From Cyanobacteria bacterium J06638_28 (GTDB lineage: Bacteria; Cyanobacteriota; Cyanobacteriia; Phormidesmidales; Phormidesmidaceae): a DNA stretch of 24,000 nucleotides. The stretch spans positions 37,076-61,075 of the forward strand of contig JBCBSR010000009.1 in the NCBI GenBank assembly GCA_039819045.1, written 5' to 3'. The translations under genes were made by a program, and so were the position numbers. Positions within the stretch are counted from its first letter, which is position 1. Each line of letters begins with the position of its first letter. The notes under the pieces were generated by a model. The model saw only the letters and a list, made by a program, of their open reading frames with translations. It made no database searches and was not told the origin of the DNA. Below, piece after piece: positions 17,462 through 24,000 of this stretch.

Positions 17462-17938
17462 ATGAGCATAGTTACCGATTTGATCCTGAGTGCCGATAGC
17501 GAAGCACGCTATCCAGCCCCTAAAGAACTTCGGATTTTTCAAGACTTTGCTAAAACCGGAGAACAGCGTATCCGCATTGCTAAAGCATTAGCAGAAAATG
17601 AACAGCGCATTGTTCAAAACGGGAGCCAAAAGTTTTGGGAGCGCTGCCCCAATACGCCAAGTAATAGTGGTAATGATCGTAAAACTGCCTCTTGTCAGCG
17701 TGATCAAGGCTGGTATGTCCGCCTAATTGCTTACTCTATCCTAGCTGGAAGTGAACGCCCCCTCGAAGAAATTGGCACGGTGGGTATCAAGGAAATGTAC
17801 AACAATCTGGAAATCCCAATTAGGAATATTGCGGAATGTATGCGTTGCCTGAAAGAAGAAGCAATGTCACTCATGAGCCAAGAAGACGCTCAGGAAGTGG
17901 CACCTTACTTTGATTTGATTATTCATTCGCTTTCGTAA
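17462..17938 (+). CDS. apcD5: Far-red allophycocyanin alpha-type subunit (position of apcD5, formerly apcA2)
   Basis: It is ApcA/ApcD-like (MSIVT..., ARYP, the ASCQRD bilin Cys, YFDLII) with the insert-type motif RCPNTPSNSGN. GGAG lies upstream. The paralog number is assigned from gene order only. Confidence 0.8.
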   Translation: MSIVTDLILSADSEARYPAPKELRIFQDFAKTGEQRIRIAKALAENEQRIVQNGSQKFWERCPNTPSNSGNDRKTASCQRDQGWYVRLIAYSILAGSERPLEEIGTVGIKEMYNNLEIPIRNIAECMRCLKEEAMSLMSQEDAQEVAPYFDLIIHSLS

Positions 17939-17994
17939 ATGGATGCCTCAGTTAATTTGTCCAGATCCCTTTTTTGATTTCATAGGAGAATCCC

Positions 17995-18480
17995 ATGCAA
18001 GATGCCATCACGACCCTGATTAATTCCTCCGATGTTCAAGGTAAATATTTAGACGATACGTCTTTAAATAACTTGCAATCATACTTTCGCAGTGGTGATC
18101 TGCGCGCCCGAGCCGCCATGACTGTGAGTGCTAATGCCTCCAAGATTGTGACGCGGACAGTGGCACAGTCGTTGCTCTACACCGACATCACAGCTCCTGG
18201 TGGCAATATGTACACCTGCCGTCGCTATGCTGCCTGCATCCGGGATATGGACTATTTCTTGCGCTACGCCACCTACGCGATGCTCGCAGGGGATGCGTCA
18301 ATTTTGGACGAGCGCGTTCTGAACGGCTTAAAGGAGACCTATAGCTCCCTGGGCGTGCCGGTTGGCGCTACAGTGCGCTCTGTCCAGGCAATGAAAGAAG
18401 TCACCACCGAAATGCTGGGAACGGAAGCGGGTCGAGAAATGGGCGTCTATTTTGACCACATTTGCTCCGGTCTGAGTTAG
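17995..18480 (+). CDS. apcB2: Far-red allophycocyanin beta subunit, ApcB2
   Basis: It shows the ApcB consensus: [39 protein letters not shown]. Confidence 0.9.
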   Translation: MQDAITTLINSSDVQGKYLDDTSLNNLQSYFRSGDLRARAAMTVSANASKIVTRTVAQSLLYTDITAPGGNMYTCRRYAACIRDMDYFLRYATYAMLAGDASILDERVLNGLKETYSSLGVPVGATVRSVQAMKEVTTEMLGTEAGREMGVYFDHICSGLS

Positions 18481-18531
18481 CCATCACTTCAACCGATATC
18501 TGTTCCACATTAGATAAGTTATTCACTCATC

Positions 18532-19011
18532 ATGAGCATCATTACCCAGACAATCGCGAATGCTGATCGTGAGGCTCGTTACCTTAGTCGGGGCGAACTT
18601 AACGCCATTAAGCATTTTTTTACAGAGGGTGAGCAGCGTCTGCGGATTGCTTCCATTTTGACCGCTAATGTGGAGTCAATTGTGGCAAAAGGCAGTCAGC
18701 GGTTTTGGCAGAGCTGTTCAATTACGCCCAGTAACAGTGGCAATAGTACCTTTCGAGCCTCCTGTCTGCGCGATCAGGCTTGGTTTCTTCGCCTGATTTC
18801 CTATGCGGTGGTGGTGGGTGATGTTGATCCGCTGCAAGCCAGTGGTGTTCGAGGCGCTAGAGAGATGTATCGTTCACTCGAAATTCCGCTCAGAAATGTT
18901 GCGGAGTGCATCCGCTGCCTCAAAGAAGTGACGCTGGAACTATTGGTAGTAGATGATGCCGCTGAGGTGGCTCCCTATTTTGACTACCTGATTCAAGGGC
19001 TTATGCCCTGA
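18532..19011 (+). CDS. apcD2: Far-red allophycocyanin alpha-type subunit (position of apcD2)
   Basis: It is alpha-type with the ASCLRD bilin Cys and the SCSITPSNSGN motif. The paralog number is assigned from gene order. Confidence 0.8.
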   Translation: MSIITQTIANADREARYLSRGELNAIKHFFTEGEQRLRIASILTANVESIVAKGSQRFWQSCSITPSNSGNSTFRASCLRDQAWFLRLISYAVVVGDVDPLQASGVRGAREMYRSLEIPLRNVAECIRCLKEVTLELLVVDDAAEVAPYFDYLIQGLMP

Positions 19012-19242
19012 CGCGACTGCTTTTCTCAGACATCAAGTTCATTGGCGAATGCTTCACGCTTAGAGCTTCTGCCACAATTCCTAAAGTCTCTCAGCTTTCT
19101 GAGACTTTGAATTGGGTCTCCCCCAGAATTGGGGGCCAAGGAGCCGTAGCCGGATTCAGCGGCGTAAAGCCTAACGCTTTCATATGCCACCCAGAACTTG
19201 ATGCTTAAAAAGACATTTTGAATTTTGAGTTGGTAAAACACC

Positions 19243-21603
19243 ATGACTGATCGGACCAATGGGGGTAGCCCAGTCGTCCATCCACAGCAGTACCACACGG
19301 TACCTACGAGCATCATTGCCGAGGCCCAGCAGCGCGATCGCTATCTGAATCAAAGTGAGGCTAAAGAACTCTCCCTCTTCTTTAGCATGGGCTTAAAGCG
19401 GTTAGCGATCGCTCAGACCCTGACCCAACAGGCTGCCAAAATTGTGAGCGCTGGGGCTAATCGCATTTTTATCGGCGGCAACCCCATGATCTACCTGGAA
19501 CAGCCAGAAGATCCGGTGGGAATGCCGGGTTCAGACTATTACATAGGGGAAGATTACCTTTCTGCCGCCAGACGGCAACAGAAAGTAAAAACGGCGGCTC
19601 GCGATCGCCCCCGCTATGTAGATTCTTCCAACCAGATCGTTGAGTGGCTTAAAGATGTTGTCGCTGGGGGACGCCCCGCGATTCCCAGTCGCTTTCGAGC
19701 CATTGATATCGCCCGCTACGGCACTGTGCGAATGAAGCGCTCTTTGCGGGATCTGAGCTGGTTTTTGCGTTATGTCACCTACGCGATTGTTGCTGGGGAC
19801 ACGAGCATCTTGACGGTTAATACCCGAGGTTTGCGCGGGGTGATTCCTGAAGATGTCACCCTGGCTACTGTGGTGGCTCTACGGGAAATGCAGTGGAAAG
19901 CGCTCACTTACTTTCCAGCTGAGTCAGCAGCCTCGGCTTTGGTGAAGCAATACTTTGAAGTCCTCATCAATGACTACTGGGTGGAAAAACCTGACCCTCA
20001 GCTGAGGGTTGGCGTTTCCAAACATCATGCGGGCTTGCCGTTACCGCAAAGTTATCGTGACAGTGCGGTTGCTCACCCCCGCTGGGCTATGAAGCCCCGT
20101 TTGCCGGACTTTGAAAAAGATGATGTTATCCGGGCGGCTTACCGACAGGTCTTTGAGCGCGATGTGACCCATCCCTATGGCCCCACCCTGACAGAGCCGG
20201 TTTCGCAGGTGAAAAGTGGCCTTCGCTCAATGAAAGAATTCATTCGCCAACTCGGGAAGTCGCGACTCTATCGGCAACTGTATTATGAGCCGTACACTAT
20301 CAGCCGTAGTATCGAGCTAGCCTGCCGTCACTTCTTGGGACGGGGGATAAGCTGCCTAGAGGAGTTCCAAGGTTATTTTGAGGCAGTATCGGCTCATGGA
20401 TTCCCCTCTTTGGTGGACACATTCCTGGATTCTCAGGAATATGCTGACTATTTTGGTGAAGAGACGGTTCCTTACCTTAGAGGGTTAGGGCTGGAGGCGC
20501 AGGAATGTGGTAACTGGGGACCCCAGTTGGATTTGTTTAAATACAGTGCGCCTGTGCGCAAGGTGCCCCAGTTCGTCACGACCTTTGGCCGCTATCAGCA
20601 GCCTTTACCCAATCAGCATTCCTATGGTGTGGGTAACGATCCGCTGGAAATTCAGTTTGGAGCGATTTTCCCTCAAGAAACCCGTTCTCCCAAATCACAA
20701 CCGGCTCACTTTAGTGAAGACAGCCGTCGCATTTTGATTAGCAGCGGAGCGGGAAATGGTCATCGCGGTTTTAAGGATAGCTTTACCAACGGTTCCAACG
20801 GAACGGTTGAGTGGGGTAGAGTCCCTGGTTCAGCCAGCCATCGCATTTTAAGGTGGGAGTCGATACCTAACGGCAAGGGTCACAGGGTTAGCCCCCTGGC
20901 AGACGCGGCTACCTCACAACCCAGTATGAACCTGACGCATCATTCGCGCGAAGCGGTAATTCATGCTGCCTATCGCCAAGTATTTGGTCGCGAGTTGTTG
21001 GGAGGGCAGCGCCAAACTACCGCTGAAATGCAGCTTAAGGGCGGGCATATCACGTTGCGCGAGTTTGTGCGTCAGCTGGCAAAGTCACGTCCATTTCGCC
21101 AGATGTATTGGGAAGAGCTCTACATTACCAAAGCGATTGAGTATATCCATCGGCGACTGCTGGGGCGGCCGACCTATGGACGACGGGAAATGGCCCAATA
21201 CTATGACATCTGTGCCCGTCAAGGTTTCTATGCTTTGGTCGATACCCTAATCGACCATCCTGAATACACCCAGGTCTTTGGGGAGAATATTATCCCCTAT
21301 GAGCGCTATCTGACGCCTCGTGGTGTTGCCCTGCGATCGCCACAAGGACCAGTGGCTGGGTCAAAACCTCGGGATAATCCAGCGATTGCGGGTGAATGGA
21401 TGCAGCAGCATCCTTATCCCCATTCGGCCCAGGCTAAGACTACGAGTATTGCAGTTGTTGAGGCATCGCGGCCATCTTCAGCATCTTCAGCAAGCTCGGA
21501 ATCGTCAGCCCCTCAGGTGAGTGCTGCCGACAGCAGTGGCACCCATCCTGAAACGGTTGCTACTGAGACAGCCTCCCAGCCAGAAATCAGTATGCAATCT
21601 TGA
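19243..21603 (+). CDS. apcE2: Far-red core-membrane linker, ApcE2 (phycobiliprotein domain plus two REP linker domains)
   Basis: The ApcE N-terminus is GGSPVVHPQQYHTVPTSIIAEAQQRDRYL, and the PB domain carries SLRDLSWFLRYVTYAIVAGD. There are only two REP repeats: about 20120-20485 starting VIRAAYRQVFERD, and about 20950-21310 starting VIHAAYRQVFGRE. A Ser/Ala-rich tail follows. Confidence 0.9.
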   Translation: MTDRTNGGSPVVHPQQYHTVPTSIIAEAQQRDRYLNQSEAKELSLFFSMGLKRLAIAQTLTQQAAKIVSAGANRIFIGGNPMIYLEQPEDPVGMPGSDYYIGEDYLSAARRQQKVKTAARDRPRYVDSSNQIVEWLKDVVAGGRPAIPSRFRAIDIARYGTVRMKRSLRDLSWFLRYVTYAIVAGDTSILTVNTRGLRGVIPEDVTLATVVALREMQWKALTYFPAESAASALVKQYFEVLINDYWVEKPDPQLRVGVSKHHAGLPLPQSYRDSAVAHPRWAMKPRLPDFEKDDVIRAAYRQVFERDVTHPYGPTLTEPVSQVKSGLRSMKEFIRQLGKSRLYRQLYYEPYTISRSIELACRHFLGRGISCLEEFQGYFEAVSAHGFPSLVDTFLDSQEYADYFGEETVPYLRGLGLEAQECGNWGPQLDLFKYSAPVRKVPQFVTTFGRYQQPLPNQHSYGVGNDPLEIQFGAIFPQETRSPKSQPAHFSEDSRRILISSGAGNGHRGFKDSFTNGSNGTVEWGRVPGSASHRILRWESIPNGKGHRVSPLADAATSQPSMNLTHHSREAVIHAAYRQVFGRELLGGQRQTTAEMQLKGGHITLREFVRQLAKSRPFRQMYWEELYITKAIEYIHRRLLGRPTYGRREMAQYYDICARQGFYALVDTLIDHPEYTQVFGENIIPYERYLTPRGVALRSPQGPVAGSKPRDNPAIAGEWMQQHPYPHSAQAKTTSIAVVEASRPSSASSASSESSAPQVSAADSSGTHPETVATETASQPEISMQS

Positions 21604-21766
21604 ACGGCAGAAGGCGTACAGAACTGCCATCGGCCACGGCTGGGCACAGAAGTGTCCTATTCTTAACTCCCCTTTATGCCAAATGACTTCCATCCATTCC
21701 TCTACCTCTAACCCTGCCTCTTTACCGTTAACGCCAAATTTGCAGGCTCCAGAAACGCCAGTGAAG

Positions 21767-21826
21767 CCGTCCGAGCGACACCTGAATTTCTGGGACTATC
21801 GCATTCATATTGGCTGGTTTGGCGGT
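21767..21826 (+). pseudogene. psbA/chlF-family 5' relic (corresponds to D1 N-terminal residues PWERFCxW...NRIYIGWFG)
   Basis: It translates to PSERHLNFWDYRIHIGWFGG. Positions 21794-21824 are 28/31 nt identical to chlF codons 49-59 (reverse complement of 12642-12672), including an 18-nt exact run at 21807-21824. Similarity is lost after GWFGG, about 30 bp before the apcD3 ATG. Confidence 0.7.
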
Positions 21827-21854
21827 ATTCATGTCTATTCCATCGCTGAGAACT

Positions 21855-22385
21855 ATGAGCATCGTTAAACAAGTCATTCTCAACGCTGATGAAGAACAGC
21901 GTTACCCCACCCCTGGGGAACTGCGAATGATTCGCACCTTCTGCCAAACCGGAACGGAGCGGATTCGTTTAGCTAAAACTTTAGAGCAACAGGCACCCAT
22001 AATCGTTGAACAGGGTACCCGCCGATTTTGGCGCGTATGTCCTCAAACGCCTAGTAACAGCGGTAATCGTCGCAAAACGGAGGCGGCTAAGCGCGATGTC
22101 GGTTGGTATGTCCGCCTGATTAGCTACTGCCTGCTGGCCGGCGACGATCGCCCCCTGCGCGAAATTGGCTTGGTGGGCATGAAGGATCTGTACACCAATG
22201 TCGGCATTCCCCTCACCAATATTTTGCAGTACATGCGCTGCTTGAAAGCTGAGGCCCAGACTCAGCTAGAAGAGACTGATGCCGTAGACATCATTCCCTA
22301 CTTTGACGAAATCATTCAGGAACTGGCGCTACCGGGGCCACCGTACTTCATGAATGATGGCCCCGGCGAAAGTGAACCAGTTTAA
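21855..22385 (+). CDS. apcD3: Far-red allophycocyanin alpha-type subunit (position of apcD3), lacking the canonical bilin Cys
   Basis: [18 protein letters not shown] is the phycobiliprotein N-terminus, so the start is 21855, not the track start 21810. It has the [11 protein letters not shown] motif. The canonical Cys position reads EAAKRD, against ASCQRD and ASCLRD in its paralogs. It has a C-terminal extension of about 20 aa. Confidence 0.8.
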   Translation: MSIVKQVILNADEEQRYPTPGELRMIRTFCQTGTERIRLAKTLEQQAPIIVEQGTRRFWRVCPQTPSNSGNRRKTEAAKRDVGWYVRLISYCLLAGDDRPLREIGLVGMKDLYTNVGIPLTNILQYMRCLKAEAQTQLEETDAVDIIPYFDEIIQELALPGPPYFMNDGPGESEPV

Positions 22386-22417
22386 GCGAGGACATATCAA
22401 AACAAGAGGATATCCCC

Positions 22418-23476
22418 ATGACAATTTCCATTGGTGCAATACAGCCAGCGAAGAGCTGGGTCGGTGAGGTTGATGATTGGTTGAAGCGCGATCGCTTTGT
22501 GTTTATTGGATGGTCAGGATTACTGCTGTTTCCTTGCGCTTACCTCGCGATCGGAGCCTGGTTCACGGGTACGACCTTTGTGAGCTCTTGGTACACTCAT
22601 GGCCTGGTCAGCTCCTATCTCGAAGGGTGCAATTTTCTGACAACGGCTGTCTCGACGCCTGCCGAAAGCATGGGACATTCCCTATTGTTTTTGTGGGGGC
22701 CAGAAGCTAATTGGGATTTTGTCCGTTGGTGTCAAATTGGCGGATTGTGGAATTTCACAGCCTTTCACGGCGTCCTAGGACTGATGGGCTTTATGCTACG
22801 GCAAATTGAGGTGGCGCGCTTAATTGGCCTCAGACCCTATAACGCGATCGCTTTTTCAGCGCCGATTGCCGTTTTTGTTGCAACGTTTTTAATCTACCCG
22901 CTGGGTCAATCAAGCTGGTTTTTTGCTCCCAGCTTTGGCGTTGCCGCTATTTTTCGATTTTTGCTATTTTTCCAGGGGTTTCATAATTACACCCTGAATC
23001 CCTTCCATATGATGGGGGTTGCGGGTGTCTTAGGAGCTGCCTTACTCTGTGCGATTCATGGGGCAACCGTGCAGAATACGCTGTTCAAAGACTCAGACGG
23101 CAAGAATACCTTCAAGGGCTTCAGCACAGCCCAAGCGGAAGAAACCTATTCGATGGTGACGGCTAACCGCTTCTGGTCCCAAATTTTTGGTATTGCCTTT
23201 TCAAACAAACGCTGGCTGCACTTTTTCATGCTGTTCGTCCCAGTAACGGGTTTGTGGATGAGCGCCATCGGCATGATTGGGTTGGCTTTTAATTTGCGGG
23301 CCTATGACTTTGTCAGCCAGGAAATTCGAGCAGCGCAAGATCCGGAATACGAAACCTTCTACACCAAAAATGTCTTGCTGAATGAAGGGGTTCGAGCCTG
23401 GATGGCGGAGCTTGATCAACCCGCGAAGAAGTTTATCTTCCCCGAAGAGGTTCTACCACGCGGCTTTTCGGAATAG
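22418..23476 (+). CDS. psbD: Photosystem II D2 paralog, PsbD3
   Basis: Full-length D2 of 352 aa with [34 protein letters not shown], and a C-terminus of [12 protein letters not shown]. Confidence 0.93.
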   Translation: MTISIGAIQPAKSWVGEVDDWLKRDRFVFIGWSGLLLFPCAYLAIGAWFTGTTFVSSWYTHGLVSSYLEGCNFLTTAVSTPAESMGHSLLFLWGPEANWDFVRWCQIGGLWNFTAFHGVLGLMGFMLRQIEVARLIGLRPYNAIAFSAPIAVFVATFLIYPLGQSSWFFAPSFGVAAIFRFLLFFQGFHNYTLNPFHMMGVAGVLGAALLCAIHGATVQNTLFKDSDGKNTFKGFSTAQAEETYSMVTANRFWSQIFGIAFSNKRWLHFFMLFVPVTGLWMSAIGMIGLAFNLRAYDFVSQEIRAAQDPEYETFYTKNVLLNEGVRAWMAELDQPAKKFIFPEEVLPRGFSE

Positions 23477-23662
23477 ATATTCCAAGCGAAGAGCACGTTA
23501 GGACACTCTATGGAAAGCTAGGTCGCCATACTGCCTCCCGTTCGCTCATAAGGACTTTCAGAATTCCATCCCGTCCGAGTGATTGCGTTTCCCCACCGAT
23601 GTTTCAGCATCTAAGTCCATCTTGCGAGAGGAGTGGGGAGGTGAAGTTCCTACATCGGGGGT

Positions 23663-23680
23663 TTGGGGGCATGCCCCCAA
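23663..23680. repeat. Perfect 18-bp palindrome ttgggggcatgcccccaa in the psbD3-psbC2 spacer
   Basis: Read directly from the sequence. It can form a G/C-rich hairpin on either strand. No U-tract follows. Confidence 0.6.
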
Positions 23681-23866
23681 GGGTTCGGCACCTGACTGTC
23701 ATTGCCTTAACTGTTTCTTCAACTGTAGTAGATAGCGCCAGAGAACTCAGAAATAGGAAAGGTTCAACTTTAGGCTTTCTCCCAGCTTTCCTTATCTATT
23801 TTTCCTGTTCCCCCTTTGCCTGATCGCGCAGCCAATGCCATTCACCGATTAAGGAGGTTTAACTCT

Positions 23867-24000
23867 GTGGAAACACCGATCGAAACAATTCCCGATGTCT
23901 CTATCACGCTCCCAGCCGAGGAAGGTTCAATCTTTGCGCCAGCCAGACCCGGTTACGATGAAGTCTCTAGTGGTTTTGCCTGGTGGGCAGGCAATGCCCG
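23867..24000 (+). CDS. psbC: Photosystem II CP43 paralog, PsbC2 (5' end; runs off the right edge)
   Basis: The start is GTG, preceded by AAGGAGG with a 9-nt spacer. The translation VETPIETIPDVSITLPAEEGSIFAPARPGYDEVSSGFAWWAGNAR contains the CP43 N-terminal signature GFAWWAGNAR. Confidence 0.85.
   Translation, partial: METPIETIPDVSITLPAEEGSIFAPARPGYDEVSSGFAWWAGNA

Noticed and set aside
19026-19316. 96-aa minus-strand ORF spanning the apcD2-apcE2 spacer and the apcE2 start
   Set aside because: It overlaps the well-supported apcE2 N-terminus in antisense and has no family resemblance. The spacer does hold small hairpins (aaagtctc/gagacttt, ccccca/tggggg), which are unremarkable.
23599-23823. 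74-aa plus-strand ORF in the psbD3-psbC2 spacer, and a T-loop-like gggttcgg at about 23681
   Set aside because: The ORF has no RBS and no motif, and it runs through the palindrome. No cloverleaf can be drawn around the T-loop-like string, so there is no tRNA call.
1-24000. Search for CRISPR arrays, rRNA or tRNA genes, toxin-antitoxin or defence-system genes
   Set aside because: No regularly spaced direct repeats, no rRNA- or tRNA-like sequence and no such ORFs were seen. All sizeable ORFs are accounted for by photosynthesis genes, regulators or the transposase.

Overview
This window is almost entirely a cyanobacterial far-red light photoacclimation (FaRLiP) gene cluster. The host assignment rests on about 24 exact HIP1 GCGATCGC octamers and roughly 50% GC by eye. 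Minus strand: rfpA (knotless phytochrome kinase, runs off the left edge), rfpB, then chlF-psaA2-psaB2-psaL2-psaI2-psaF2-psaJ2. Centre: an accessory module of psbV2 (+) converging on psbO2-psbF2-nblA-like (-). Plus strand: apcD5-apcB2-apcD2-apcE2-apcD3-psbD3-psbC2, with psbC2 running off the right edge. Four genes are below or outside the ORF track and were found by manual translation: rfpA, psaJ2 (43 aa), psbF2 (44 aa) and an NblA-like gene (55 aa). FaRLiP itself is a described system. The points worth a second look are listed here. (1) psbO2 is split by a 1180-bp IS with 21-bp imperfect inverted ends and an 8-bp target duplication, and excising it in silico restores the frame exactly. (2) The IS transposase is in two frames bridged by a T_TTT_TTA slippery heptamer. 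(3) A psbA/chlF-like 5' relic, 28/31 nt identical to chlF, lies in the apcE2-apcD3 spacer. (4) RfpB carries an HPt-like segment and a degenerate receiver between its winged helix and C-terminal receiver. (5) An nblA-like gene and an orphan psbF paralog sit inside the cluster. (6) The ApcE2 phycobiliprotein domain has no Cys, and ApcD3 lacks the canonical bilin Cys. (7) A bipartite motif is shared by the two large divergent promoter regions. No rRNA, tRNA or CRISPR array was seen. Paralog numbering (2/3/5) is inferred from domain content and synteny, not from a database search.
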